DNA of 63,963 nucleotides, the filler included, from Thelocarpon superellum (Eukaryota): NCBI GenBank assembly GCA_026025795.1. It is 9 parts of 9 records of this genome, joined end to end, with 100 filler letters (N's around TTAATTAATTAA, not from the genome) between each part and the next. Parts side by side here need not be neighbours in the genome. Positions count along the whole stretch, not along the records: positions 7,426 to 14,728 come from JAPEUG010000639.1; positions 14,829 to 22,010 come from JAPEUG010000642.1; positions 22,111 to 29,279 come from JAPEUG010000643.1; 6 more parts are not named here. One strand, given 5' to 3'. The notes under the pieces are model-generated. The model searched no databases and was not told the DNA's origin. It saw nothing but the letters and a program-made list of their open reading frames with translations. A program made the translations under genes and the position numbers. Shown piece after piece: positions 11,431-24,018 of this stretch. Within the stretch, counting starts at the first letter, position 1. Each line of letters starts with the position of its first letter.

Positions 11431-13215
11431 TCAAAGAGCCCTTCGTAAGTGATCGCCCCCGCCGTCACGATCTCGATCTACATCCCATGCTTTGGCCGCC
11501 CTACCCCCGCCAACACTAGGAGCGTGAATCGCACTCTTATTTCCAGCCTTGTCCCTGTCCATCCCCCCCTCCATCTTCTTCTTCTTCTTCTTCGCCTTCG
11601 CGTCTCGAATCTCCTTCTCCTGCTCGCGCGGATCGATCACGACTAGCTCCTCCTCCGTCTTCTTCCGCCATGTTAGATCCTTGCCGAGGCGGTCTTTGGC
11701 AAAGCTGAGTTTGTGGTAGAGGTAGGATTTGTCGTTGTCGGCACTATCGTCGCCGTTCTTGTACTCGTGTTTGGGATCTGTATCTGCTTGAGGACCATCG
11801 TTGTTGGACGATTGCTTCGTCCGCGGAACAACGTCCCATGCTAGACACGACTGGCAGTTGCTTATGAAGTGAAGGTCGCATACTTGTTCTTCTTCCTCTT
11901 CGTCGTTTTCGATCTTCTCTGCGTCGTCGTTGTCGGCTTTCTTTTTCTTTGGGGTGGGTTTGATGGTGTCTGTACGTGAAGGTGATCCGCCATTCGTGTG
12001 CGTTTGGTCTGCCGTGGCTTTGACTTCGAAGGGAGGTGGAGAGGGAGACTTCGGCGTCTCGGCCGGGGCTTGCTCCAGTTTGGCACGGAAGGCGTCCAAG
12101 ATGGCTAGGGCCTCGGTGTCATTGGAGCTCTGCGCCCCCGCCCCGTGTTTCCGCTTCCGTCCGCGCACTGACGTCTCCGGAATCATCTGCTCGAGGGCGG
12201 ATTTCTTCTTCTGTGTCTCCGCCGGGGCACGCGTTACGTTGCGCTTCATGGACGCTTTGAGTTCAGCGATTTGGTTGTTCGTGCGCTCGAGGAGAGATGT
12301 GACTTTCTCCATGGGTGCCGGCTCGGGAGACGATGAGGGCGATCGAGTGATGTTTTTCGGAACTGGCTGGGCGGGAGGGGGAGGTCGTTGTGGTGTTGAT
12401 GCTTCTCTGGAGGGCGATGGCCGTTTCTTGATTTTCTTCTCCGTCTTCTCGACTGGCATCGGCACACTGTCGATGGTCACGGTATCAATCGCGTCCGTCG
12501 CCGCCTCTCCCCCAATGAGCTTCGTGTTGAACTTGGCCTTCTTGACGGCGGGCACGACGTCAGGCTCGTCTCCGTCATCGCCTCCGAAACTCAACAACAC
12601 CTTCCCGCCCTTCTTCTTCTTCGGCTTCGTCTTGGTCGCCACCTCGCGCACTACCGTCTCGACCTTTCTCTCGCGACGGACCAGGTCTTCAAACGGATTC
12701 ACCAGCACTTCCGTCCCCGTGATCTTCGTCGGGTACATTGGCCGTTCACTCCCCTCCGCCACCAGCTCGGCTTCACTCATCTTCATCAGATTGTAGATGG
12801 TGTCGCCCACGACCCGGCCAAACATGGTGTTGTGACCCTGCAGCTCCTCGGTCTTCGCCAGGGTCAGAAAGAACTGGCTGCCATTGTCATTCTTCCTCCC
12901 ACTGTTCGCCATGCCCAACAGCCCACGCCGATTGAACTTCAGCCGGCTGTGGAACTCATCGGCGAAGAGGCCCCCATCGTAGATGGCCTCGCCGCCCTCG
13001 CCCGTGCCCGTGGGATCCCCGCCTTGGATGACAAAGTCCGGCACCAGCCGGTGGAAGATGGTGCCGTCGTAGTAGCCATCGAGACAGAGCTGGAGGAAGT
13101 TGCGCGACGTCAATGGCGTTTGTTTCGCAAACAGCTCCAGTAAGATGTCGCCCGAGGTGGTTTGGAGGAGGACTTTGGCCGTGGGCTGCGGCTCGAGGGC
13201 GTAGAGTGAGCTCAT
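11431..13215 (-). CDS. CWC27: Cyclophilin-type spliceosomal PPIase Cwc27
   Basis: MSSLYALEPQPTAKV..FLQLCLDGYYDGTIFHRLVPDFVIQGGDPTGTG..DEFHSRLKFNRRG; fungal CDLHFISNCQSC motif; VVIDPRE. Confidence 0.93.
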   Translation of the reverse strand: MSSLYALEPQPTAKVLLQTTSGDILLELFAKQTPLTSRNFLQLCLDGYYDGTIFHRLVPDFVIQGGDPTGTGEGGEAIYDGGLFADEFHSRLKFNRRGLLGMANSGRKNDNGSQFFLTLAKTEELQGHNTMFGRVVGDTIYNLMKMSEAELVAEGSERPMYPTKITGTEVLVNPFEDLVRRERKVETVVREVATKTKPKKKKGGKVLLSFGGDDGDEPDVVPAVKKAKFNTKLIGGEAATDAIDTVTIDSVPMPVEKTEKKIKKRPSPSREASTPQRPPPPAQPVPKNITRSPSSSPEPAPMEKVTSLLERTNNQIAELKASMKRNVTRAPAETQKKKSALEQMIPETSVRGRKRKHGAGAQSSNDTEALAILDAFRAKLEQAPAETPKSPSPPPFEVKATADQTHTNGGSPSRTDTIKPTPKKKKADNDDAEKIENDEEEEEQVCDLHFISNCQSCLAWDVVPRTKQSSNNDGPQADTDPKHEYKNGDDSADNDKSYLYHKLSFAKDRLGKDLTWRKKTEEELVVIDPREQEKEIRDAKAKKKKKKMEGGMDRDKAGNKSAIHAPSVGGGRAAKAWDVDRDRDGGGDHLRRAL

Positions 13216-13708
13216 CTGGAAGATGTACGGCTCGAGTCTGGGCTCGAGCTCCCTCCCTTTCGTCGGTGTTGATGGGCCATGCAACGGAGGTGGGTTCACG
13301 GCAAAGTCCAAGCAAACTGAATCCCACAACTTTTGAAGCTACGGATGCTTAGATAATCAAGGAATGCCTCTGCGTTGTGGAGGATATGGATGATCACGTG
13401 CTCTCTTACCTAATTATCTACTAGTCAGTAGTGCTTACTGAGATGGAACCCTATACTATACAAAGGGTCATCTCGCAGATAGCTTAATTCACCATCTTCA
13501 CCCTCCATTGTGATTGGTCCAATTAGCTGAATTCAAGAGGGAACCCTACCTAAACCTTCAGCGTGATCCCTCAGAATCACCAACGATGCCAAAGTAGTCG
13601 AGTGGTTTTCTACAGATACGGCAGATGACATTTTCCATCTTCTGAAGCAAATGCCATCCATCACTTGAGCGCCAGGAAATGCAACGCTAAATACCGACCG
13701 GCAGGTCT

Positions 13709-14728
13709 CTACTTGTGGGCTCCTCCGTGCTCCATGATCTCACATCCGTGCCGGACCACGCCAACAACCCCACCCGTCTGGACCGTCTCACTCCCACCTC
13801 CACTGAGTCGATACTCAATCTCTGCCAAACCCTCCAACCAGGACGCCCGTGTCTGAGGAGGCACATCCAGACGCGCCAACTCCTCGCCCAGGGCCGTGAG
13901 GATGTCGGCCAAGGCGAGCCCTTTGTTGGCCTTGAGCAGGCTGATCGTGTTCAAACAGCTAGAAACGTCCGGCGTCGACAGGAGCGTCTCCACGATGGTC
14001 GTAATGTCCGCGGGATGGGGCGCCGCGATGCAGTCGTAGACGGTTGTTTCCGTAATGACTTCCCGGACGATGTCGGCGTTGGCTGGCTTGGCTTCATCTT
14101 TCTTGCGGAGTGGAGTACCTGCCGCACAGGTCAGAAGCGAGGAGACAACATTGAGTGGAGGAGTACCTACTGCTGGCATGGCACGCTTGAAGGACGTTTA
14201 ATGCCCGTCGCATGTCTCCCTTACTCAGCGTGACCAAGGAATTCACAGCGGCCGGGGTGATCTGCACCAGCTCCTTCTCGATGACTTGATCCACGAGGCT
14301 GCGGATGTCGGCCTCTTTGAGCGGACTAAACCGGAATCGGGTACACCGCGACAGGAGCGCGGGGGACAGCTTGTGGGTGTAGTTGGCGATGATGCAGAAG
14401 CGAGTGTTGGCCGTGTACTTCTCCATGATCCGTCGGAGCGCCATCTGTGCCGTCGACGTCATGGCGTCGGCCTCGTCTAGGATGATCAGCTTGTACGTTG
14501 CCAGCGAGACGTGATCGCCCGGCTTGGCCGCAGCCGAGAAGATTCGCTTGGTACCTGCATCGTCGTCAGTCTGATCCCCATCATCGAAGGCATCGACGGC
14601 CTGACGCACTGGCAAAGGTCTTGATCTGCTCGCGCACGACTTCGATGCCGCGGTCGTCACTGGCATTGAGCTCGAGCACCATCTGCCGCATGTTCTTGAT
14701 TCCGTAAATGCGTCGCGCCAAGGCGAGG
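13709..14728 (-). CDS. RFC3: Replication factor C small subunit (yeast Rfc3 / human RFC5 type), 5'-truncated, 2 introns
   Basis: [71 protein letters not shown]. Confidence 0.9.
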
Positions 14729-14828
14729 NNNNNNNNNNNNNNNNNNNNNNNNNNNNNNNNNNNNNNNNNNNNTTAATTAATTAANNNNNNNNNNNNNNNN
14801 NNNNNNNNNNNNNNNNNNNNNNNNNNNN

Positions 14829-15040
14829 ACAAGCTGGGCAACTACGCCGAGGCCCGTCGCTACAACGAGTTGCTGCTGGATCACGAGCCTGCCAACCAGC
14901 AAGCTGCGAGTTTGAGGTCCTTGATCGATGACAAAGTGGCGAGGGAGGGAATGGTAGGCGTCGCCATCGTTAGCGGGATCGCAATCGCTGCGGGCATCGT
15001 GGGAGGGATGATCTTCCGCGGCGTCGGAAGAAGGCGATAG
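14829..15040 (+). CDS. FIS1: Mitochondrial fission protein Fis1, 3' end
   Basis: Hand translation: [69 protein letters not shown], i.e. TPR end plus tail anchor and basic tip. Confidence 0.92.
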
Positions 15041-16190
15041 GGTGTAATTTCACAAGATCGTCGCTGTTCTCTACTCATATTCAAGGAGAAAAGAAATAAG
15101 CAGGTTTGGGAGCATCATACTGGGTCAGTCGGTGGGTAGAGCGTTTCCTGTTACTTGGGCACAGGTATCTGGGAGCACGGGGTGCCTCGAAGGCACCAAG
15201 ACTGTCTACGATTTGATGGTACTACCACAGTGTTGTGCGTGTTTCGACCAGTCTCCGGCGCTTGTTAGGGTAGAATGGCCACCATGACGTGCACCGCCAC
15301 ATTCCTCGTCATCCGGCCAGGTATGGAGCAGCGTCACAAGCGACCAGGCGAACTTTACAAGACGAAGTGCCAGGGCGTAGGGCGTCATCCTACCTCCTAC
15401 TTCGTACCTTCCCTTCACTCTTCGCTCTAGGCTGGCTAATTCCCACGGATTCCAGTGATGCTGGATATGTCATCAGAACGCTAGACGCTCCCATATGGGG
15501 CGGCTTGCCACCGAAACCATCCGAAGTGAATGGAAAGTCATCATGTGCTGCAAGACGGGAGTCATCGGGCAATGCCATGCGTCCATGAGAAATGAGTTCT
15601 ACCTAGATCCCACTATCTTCTTGTACCCACTATCTTCTTGTAATGATGGCCGGGCAGTCTCCCAAGAATAGGCCGCACGACCAAGGATAGTCCCTCCTGG
15701 TGTGGTTTGGTGTAAGAAGGGCCAACGCCTCAGGGTCGCCTATGAGATCAGCCCCGCGGCTGGGCGGTTTCAAGCGAGTGTGCTTGTGCGGTCGCGCGTG
15801 GTCGTGCCATACGTGGATTGTACCTCGAACGCCGTGTCGCTGGGCGCCTTGTTCCTCGTTGAATGAGTCAAGTAGGCTCGATCTTATCTATCCAACTATC
15901 CGCTGTGAGCAACACTCTCATCTACCGTCTGTCTTCCCTTCCTTGTGGATCGAGTGGCCTTCGCCAGCGGCGGATGTTTCAACGGAACCCGACTCAGATA
16001 CCGATCGACGTGCTGCGTCATCCACGCCGAGCTGCCCAGGCGCAACCTCGCCACTTGGCACGAGGCCCCACACCTCTCGGCGTCGGGCGCCTAGGTCTTC
16101 GGGCCCGGTGCTTTCATATGAACTTGAGGCGGTCCTCGTTCTGCCGATAGGCTTGGCCCTCTGGTCGCTACTACCACATCAGCGCCGGCG

Positions 16191-17779
16191 ATGGCGGATC
16201 GTTATGGTCCTCGTCCGTCGGAGCTGGTATTTTGCCACGAATGTCAGAACGAATGGCGCAAGAATGAACACGGCCTGACATGTCCGGAGTGCCACTCCGA
16301 CTTCACCGAGATTGTACGTGTTCTTCGGAAGCCGTCCCCTGGATCCCGGCTAACCCACGCTGCTAGATTGAGCAAGACAATGACCCACGCATGGCGCACG
16401 TTGAAGACGTGCTCTACCCCGAATCTCCCTCCACCTATAACCCCCACCGACCTACGAACCCCGCCCCGGCTCCCGCCCCCACTGAAAGCGATGTCAGCCG
16501 GATGGGTCGCGGCGTCTTCGCATCCCAGTTCCCCGACCCGGTGGAGGGCGATATTGACGAGGTGATCCAAGGCTCTGGCCCGGATGGGTCGCTTCGTTTC
16601 ACTCGCATTACGTACCGGTCGAATTCGCCGCGGGCCCACGGCCCATCGCCCCTTGATCCAGCGTCCATGCCGGTCTTCGAAGACTTTCAGCGTATGGTCC
16701 ACGGCTTGCTCGGCCCGCAGGCAGAGATTCAAACGCACACCCAGCAGCGGCCCCGTGTCCTACCGCCAATGGGCCCTTTTGGCATACCTGGGCGAGCCGT
16801 GGGAGTATTTGGGTCTGGCGGACAACCTGGGGTGGGTATCGGACCAGCCAGAATCGGTGGCACCTTCACCTATAGCACGGGGAGCCGACTGACTCCGCGA
16901 GACGCCACCACCGCACAGCCGGTGGCCGATCCAGTGGATGGGTTGCCAGCGTACGTGCACTCTTTCTCCTCTTACCCAGATTACCATGCCCGTCGTGTTT
17001 GGTACTCACCACTTGCCAGAAGCATTCTACAGCTGCTCTTCAGCGGCGTTGCAGACGGCTCGCCACGAGGCCCGGGAATGACGGATCCGCACACGCCCGC
17101 TAACCCGCTCGCCACCCTCTTCTCGACCCTGCTCAACCCGGCCGCTGCGAGCGACGGCGATGCCGTGTACACGCAGGAGGCGTTGGACCGGGTGATTTCG
17201 CAATTGATGGAGCAAAATGCTGGTAGTAATGCTCCCGGACCTGCCTCGGCGGCGGCCATCGCGTCATTGCCCAAGAAGAAGATTGAGATGAAGATGCTGG
17301 ATGAGCAGGGCAAGGTCGATTGCAGTATCTGCATGGACGAGGTGCCGGTGGGGGACGAGGTCACGGAGCTGCCATGCCACCACTGGTTTCACACGCAATG
17401 CGCGACGGCCTGGTTGACGGAGCATGACACATGTCCCATCTGCCGAAAGGGCATCACGCCCAAGGAAGGAGACCTCGACCGGCCGCGGACACCCAATCAA
17501 GATGCGCGACATCCGGAGCCGTGGCGGCAAGCACCAACGCCGGGGCTCTTTGGAACCAACTGGCCAGCGACAGGTGGGGAAGCGGCGTCAGCACGGCCAA
17601 CACGCGAGGGTCCTGGCGCTGGGACGGGCCGCTCCTCGGGCCCCTCGCCGAGATCAGGACCAGGCCCGTCCCGCTCCTCGGCATCACATCGACCCCAAGG
17701 AGCAGGCGACGACGGCGAGGGCAGTAATGATAGCGGTGGGATTTCCGGTCGCTTACGGGGCTGGTTCGGCGGCAACTAG
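16191..17779 (+). CDS. RING-H2 E3 ubiquitin ligase with N-terminal zinc ribbon (RNF115/RNF126-like)
   Basis: Exon 1 has FCHECQNEW..LTCPECHSDFTEI. Introns at 16314-16366 and 16951-17019. GDAVYTQEALDRVISQLM and CSICMD..LPCHHWFHTQC..WL..HDTCPICR. Confidence 0.9.
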
Positions 17780-18779
17780 GAAGCCCTGGGAGGACGTGAG
17801 CTTGCCCGACCTGACGCGGAGTGATGTGACGGCCTGGCTGGGCGCGTGGGCGCGTCGGCACGTTTCCGCATCTCACCCTGGACACTATGCGTCATCGGCC
17901 ACTGCCATCAATCGTGCATAAAAGTAGCAGGTCGCAGATCGCGGGTCGCGGACCGCAAGTCACGGGTTTCAGATCATGGATCGGAGTTGCAGGCGCTCAT
18001 TGGAAGGAAAGCAGGAACAGGATGGGAGAGCGATGATGGTGGGAGATTCTAAGTGACTTCTTGTTCCATCACAGTCACTTGGAGCTAGGTAGGTAGAACG
18101 ATACATAGACTATGAGATGAAAGCTCCTTGTTGACTTATGTGCAAAACCAGCCCTTACTTCTCCCTCTCGGCAGGGCGCAGGTGGCCCATGTGGGCATGG
18201 TGGACCGACGCTACGTTCCTCAAGATTGGCTGCAAAAGCATCTGAGTGGTGTGCACTTGGGCTCTGGGGTTTCAGATGGGTAAAGAAAATCGGCCCTCAG
18301 CTATCAGAGTCACCGGCTTTCCACGGCGACAGGACTCGTCATGAGGAGTTGATCCGTGAGTTATGGGGTTTGGACAGGCTAGTAGGAGCCAGCGAGGCGC
18401 TGTCAACTCAACAGCGAGGTCTATGGGGACAAACATATCAACTGGATTAATATATATGGACTCTAGTGATAGATTCAATACTACTGATTCGATGAAATTG
18501 GTAGGCCTCTATGTGACGGAACCATGATACCGTGGGTGAAGCTCTACATATTACCTAATCAATTTACACTTTATAGGCCCCAACGAGGGGCGCAGACGTG
18601 AGTTAGTCACGTGCGCCGTCAGATACGATCTCAGCTACGCGTGGAATTTGCAATAGTTAGAGCACTGATTCTTACATCAAGAGCTTAGGCCGAGCAGGCC
18701 CATGCAGTCGGGCCAAATCGTGGGATTCTTGCTGTCTCGACTGCCGTCCTAGACGCGACGACACATCGCGCGAGGTCGT

Positions 18780-19345
18780 CGAGCTCTCCAGCATCGGAAC
18801 GCTGTGATCGCGCATGGGCCCTGACTTCCTACACCTTCGTCGTGTCGTCCAGGGAAGGCTCCATCCTTCCGAAAGCGACATGGAATCGAAAATATCTCGA
18901 TGACTCGGTCTTCATACTGTCTCGAAACTCTGACCACCGCTTTCTACCACTCAAGGCGGGCATGAAGGCACGATAGACGCGAAAGAGGGATCCATCTTTC
19001 ACGATCCCACGAGGGTCTGACGTTGGAGTTCAGTGGGTTGCCCTCTTGTGTAACCAGTACCGAGAGACACGACGAAGTCCGGCTCCTCGATCATCGGCCA
19101 GATCACCCGGGTTTCGCACAAGGCCATTTCGATCGGAATGTTCCTCCAGAGCCCTCCGTCTTGGAACCATCCCACCTGGGGACACTGGCCGCGGTCGAAA
19201 ATACCTAAATGCGAGTCGGTCCTCACTCCTTCACACGCGCGGGAGATAGATCACCCTGGCGCCGACGATGCGAATCTTGCACTGTATCTCCTGTGAGCAA
19301 CATGGATGACCTAGTCGCCGTCACGTCCATCTCCCAGATCAGGGC
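18780..19345 (-). pseudogene. Decayed patatin-like phospholipase fragment
   Basis: Pieces IWE, ARFASSAPG, YFRP, FQDGGLWRNIP..VVSLGTG and RYFRFHV..EPSLDD. There is a frameshift between YFRP and FQDGG, a premature TAG, and no N-terminal GxSxG half. Confidence 0.7.
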
Positions 19346-20153
19346 TCGGCTAGACTCCTCCTTCGATTGGACGATGTGCTAGCCTGATCTTCCGTCCGCG
19401 CAGCTTTGCTCTGGACCAACGACACACCACCGTCTTTGCCGCGAGCTCCAACGGTGAGGAGGACGCTCCCCCGCCTGACCGGAGTGTCTGTTCCCCAGCC
19501 TCAGAGTCGTCACACGGTCCAAATAATCATGAGTTTACAACATAGCGACCGCGCGACTGCGCAACCCATCTCATTTCCCACAGCGTGTCACCAAAGAGTC
19601 ATACAGCCCTCGCTCTTGAATGGTACTTCGCAGTCGCTGGGGCCGGGAGGCTACTTGTTCTAGTGGTCGCTGTCGTCGTCGTGCTCGTCGTGGAACCGGT
19701 CGGGTCGGCAAGCCTGGGGGGTTGAGTATGCGTGGTCGCGACTCCGCAGTCTAATGATTGTTAACCTCGTGGCGTTTTTGGCTTACTCTTAGCCCTACAG
19801 GAGCTTGCCGTAACAAAGGAATTGTCCGTGTGGTCAATGGGTGGCGTCGTGCTTCGCCACCGGCTTGGGCACTGTCATGGCGCTGTCGAGCAGTCACGTG
19901 AGCGGCAGCGACGCGAACTAAAGTTGCTAAGCTAAGGAGGGGCTACTCCTTGTTCCGGCCCGAGGCCAGCTAGCTGGAGACCTACCCGCACCCTGAGAAT
20001 AGGGAAACAGCCTACGGCTGGTAGGCCTGCTAGAATTTTCCGCCCGAGGGTCAGAGCGGCCAGGGCGGGCCAGCTTGCAAAGGTCCAGAAGCTACACTAT
20101 CGGCAGGACGAATATACTTTGTACGAGGATGTGTCAAGTCGCGGCATGTCTAC

Positions 20154-20228
20154 GCACGGGCCATAGTGCCATAGCACGAGCCGCAATGCCGTGGCACGGG
20201 CCATGATGCCGTGGCACGGGCACGGGCC
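20154..20228. repeat. 20-bp minisatellite, about 3.5 copies (GCACGGGCCATGATGCCGTG-like)
   Basis: gcacgggccatagtgccata / gcacgagccgcaatgccgtg / gcacgggccatgatgccgtg / gcacgggcacgggcc. Confidence 0.75.
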
Positions 20229-20639
20229 ACACGGCTGTGGGCTTGCCCTCCCGCCCACCATTATTCATTAGATCCCTCTTCATTGGTGCATTGAGGAAGC
20301 ATGGCCCAGCGTTTCCTCGCCCATGAGCACTAATTCTTAAAGTAGCGTGGAGCTATCCCTTAGATGCCCCTCCTTCCCTGGAAGTTACGGTACAAGTACG
20401 TCCTCGGCAGAACTTCGATGTGGACTATCCCCGCCGGCAGTCTGCAGCTGCCCCTGATTGAGCATAAATATTCGTAGCATCCCAGGCGGGAGATATGCAG
20501 GTCCGCCCTCTTCGCCTCCGAGCCATTTGCGAGTGTCCCAACAGCGTATCCTCGCAGGTGTCGCCAGAGCCACGCAGTGGCCGCCCCTCGCTGCTGAATT
20601 TGATCTCTTCCCAACACACCGCAGACCTTGTCCGCAGCC

Positions 20640-21960
20640 ATGTCGTCGCCGCATACCGTCCTCACGCCGATGCCACCGCCCCCAGGCGTTCAGCCCAACT
20701 TTGACCATCCCGATTCCTCGGTACACCAGATTGTAGCGACCTCGATCATCTGTCTGATCATCAGCGGTCTCTGTGTGAGCTTGCGGCTGTACAGCAAGGC
20801 CATCCTCACCCGCTCCCTTGGCTGGGATGACTACACCAGTGTCATCGCCATGGGCTTCTCCATCGCCAACTCCGTCACAGAATGGCAGCTGATCAACTTC
20901 GGAATGGGAGTGCATCTGTGGGACGTGCCGCTCACCACCTTCAGTCCCTACTTCCTTGCCATGAGAGCAGCCAATACCGCCATCTACGCCAGCACGATGT
21001 TCTTCGTCAAATTCTCCATCCTACTCATGTACCTCCGCATCTTCACGACGAATCGCTTCATCAAGTACAGCTCCTACTTCCTCATCATCTACACTGCCGG
21101 TTACGGCTTCCCGGGCGCACTTACCTCGATCTTCGGCTGCCGCCCGCTGGCGAAGGGATGGGATGTGCATATCAAGACCGGCTACTGCGTCAATTTCGCA
21201 CACCTGGCTGTTGCGGCCAATGTCCTGAATATTGTCGGCGACTTTTTCATCTTCTTGTTGCCTCTTCCGGCCATTTGGCACTTGCATTTGCCAATACGCC
21301 AGCGATTCGCCGTCATGGCGGTCTTCGTGGTGGGCTTGTTGTACGTCACGTCTCCCCTACCGGATCGGGATACGACCGCGTGTTGACATGCTCTAGCGTA
21401 TGCATCATCAGCGCTTTGCGCTTGTCCGAACTGATCCGCAATCTGGACAATCCGGATGTGACGTGGGTTACGCTGACGCTCAATATATGGAAGTAAGTCT
21501 CCAGTGCTCCCGTGTGAAAGAGCCGTGGTACTAACTTCGTCCCCCACCCAGCACGGTCGAGATCAACCTTGGCATTGCCTGTGGCTGTGCCCCTGCGATG
21601 AAGCCTCTCTTCAAGTATCTTGACCCCCGGTCGAGCTTGCTTGACCCCCGGTCGTGGGGAAGCAAGCAGAGCGGCAAAGGATCCAGCACCGACCAATCCG
21701 GCAGCAGCGGCTCCAAACCTGTGAAGAGTGGCGGTTATTCCGACCGCTGGGCAAGTCGCGCGAAGCCTCAGCGCACGCAGTCGACCTTGCCCTCGACTGA
21801 CACTGCCGATACGGACAGGCACTCGCAGGGTCCTTACATGGAACTCGGCAGTCTGCACCAGAAGTCCAATGGAGGCTCTCATGTGTCGGAAGTTGCCGTG
21901 GCTTCTACCGATGACATCCACCCACTGACGTTGGTGCGGAACGGGCAGGACGGCATGTGA
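20640..21960 (+). CDS. PTH11-like integral membrane protein (fungal rhodopsin-like domain, no CFEM)
   Basis: PPPPGVQPNF..LRLYSK..LGWDDY..GMGVHLWDV..VKFSILLMYLRIF..DFFIFLLPLPAIWHL; introns 21341-21396 and 21493-21551; then VEINLGIACGCAPAMKPLF. Confidence 0.9.
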
Positions 21961-22505
21961 CGTAGTCACGTGCCCATAGGAGCAGCTATAAGTGACTTGT
22001 ATCTCTAGCTNNNNNNNNNNNNNNNNNNNNNNNNNNNNNNNNNNNNNNNNNNNNTTAATTAATTAANNNNNNNNNNNNNNNNNNNNNNNNNNNNNNNNNN
22101 NNNNNNNNNNACAACAAGGGCGGCGCTGCCTACTACGATGATTAAATCGGATGGTACTCACTAGCATCTGACTTCAAATATCAGGGGACTGTAGATGGAT
22201 ATGGTGGATGGGTGTGGACTAATATGTACGTGAACATCGAAAGGGGCAAGTGAATGTAGTTTTGTGCGGATAATTCATTCTCCATGATTCGTCATTTCCC
22301 ATGTTGAACGTGATTTCTCTGCTATTGTACTTTACCGTCCTTCAGCGCTACAAAAGAAGAGAATAGAAAGAGAAGTTAGAACCGTGCCTCATCTTATTCA
22401 TTGAATCGTTTCTCCTCAAAACACAACGCTTCCCCCTATTCCCTGCATTCACCTAATCCCAGATAGACGAAGAAAGGAAGCTTTGGTTGATTATGTTGTT
22501 GATTG

Positions 22506-23412
22506 CTATTTCCCAGCGAGTCGAGTCTCCAATCGTTCTCGTTCCCGTTCTTTGAGTTCTTTGATTTCTTCCTTGGACACGTCGAATCTGTTCATACCAA
22601 TCTCGTCAGCCCCTTTCAGTCTCATCCAAGAACAGTGAAACTTGGAGAGATGAAAACAAAGACCTCGGCACTTACCTCGCAGCATTCGACTGATTGAACG
22701 GATTCTCCGGACTCTTCTCGAATTCCTTCTTGATGAGATCTAGGCGCTGTTGTCTCCGCAGACCCTTCATCTCCACCTCGAGCTCCGGCATGCGTCGCGT
22801 CTCATACGCCGTGTACGCCGCCTTGTACCGTCGTTCCGGATGGCGATCGATCTGTGCCGCGGTGCCTCCAGCGCCACTGATGGCTAGCGCGTCCAGCGCA
22901 TCATCGATGCCGGTGGCGTTCAGGGCCACTGGTTTCTTGTCGGCTGCTGCTCCCTTGCCGCCCGACCCGTCATCCAGGGCGCCCAGATCCAAGGTTCCGA
23001 ACCCCTTGGTCTTCTTCGTGGCTTGCTTTGTGACTCCTGCCTTGGCCGACTTGAGGCTCTTCTCTTCCTCTGCCGCTAATGCGTCCTTTTCTGCTTTCTT
23101 CCGTGCCGCTTCTGCTTTCTTGGCGTCTGCTGCTTCCCTATCGGCGGTCAGTCTCGAGAAGTGCACACATCGCAGCGCATATATGTGGATGACTAGTATC
23201 AAGTGGATGCTGCCTATGCTCTCTGGTGAATCCTGGGAAAGAGAGAAGAACATCACTCACTTCTTCGCATTAGACTTGGCACCCTTTCCCCACTCTTCTT
23301 CCTCCGCCTTCGCCTTTGATTGTGACGCGGCCGCAGCCTTCGAAGCGGCAGCGTCGGCCTTGCGTGCGTTCCCGGCGACCTTCTTACTGTTTTCGCCCTT
23401 GCCGCCCGCCAT
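22506..23412 (-). CDS. CCDC124/Lso2-family ribosome-binding coiled-coil protein (DUF1014)
   Basis: MAGGKGENSKKVAGNARKA..; introns 23138-23260 and 22588-22675; IDRHPERRYKAAYTAYE..KSPENPFNQ. Confidence 0.88.
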
Positions 23413-24018
23413 GTTCACCTTTGGGGATTTATGTCCCTTCGTGTGCGCACACTTTATGGGGCCTTTGGGTGTTGGGGGAGAAAAGAGGAGGCGTGGGAGA
23501 GGTTGTAAGTATGGAGGATCGATGGCGGATCGATGGAGATTGAATGGATAGAGGGACGTGGAAGGGCGTGTGGATGGCGTGTGCTTGCCCGGATGGTGGG
23601 GAGCGAGGGCGGTATGGTGGACGCGAGCCGGTCGGTGCTTCGGCTTTGCAATGGGCCTGGGTCGTGTTATCTACTCGATGAATGGACCACGAGATTTGGC
23701 TGAATGGTCACAGAGCGTACTCATGGTCGTCGCTCCATTTGGTCGTGACATCGCCTCCTGTTGTTGCTCATAGTGGTGGGGACTCTCGCCGTAGTGCCCC
23801 CACCACTAGGACAGGTATCGCGAGGTGGGGTCCCCCCCAGCACAACTATCCATTTGGGATCCAACCGAGACGCCCCTCGTATGATGCCGGGTGGCAAGCC
23901 AGTACTCTTGCCTCCCCAGTATCATTATCGCCTCCTCGCCATGTAGGGTATCCCCCCGTCATCATTTCCATAAGATGTACAGCGACTTGTAAACCAACAT
24001 GTCCAACACCTGCATGCG

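Noticed and set aside
11930..12796. Long antisense ORFs over CWC27, HSF1, CCDC124, the kinase, RAV2 and others
   Set aside because: These are the expected shadow ORFs of GC-rich coding sequence and have no motifs.
15609..15642. 17-bp perfect tandem duplication CCCACTATCTTCTTGTA
   Set aside because: Two copies only; ordinary slippage or a footprint with no further structure.
22111..22145. Probable 3' end of a gene (..NKGGAAYYDD*)
   Set aside because: Only about 10 codons at a contig edge; cannot be identified.
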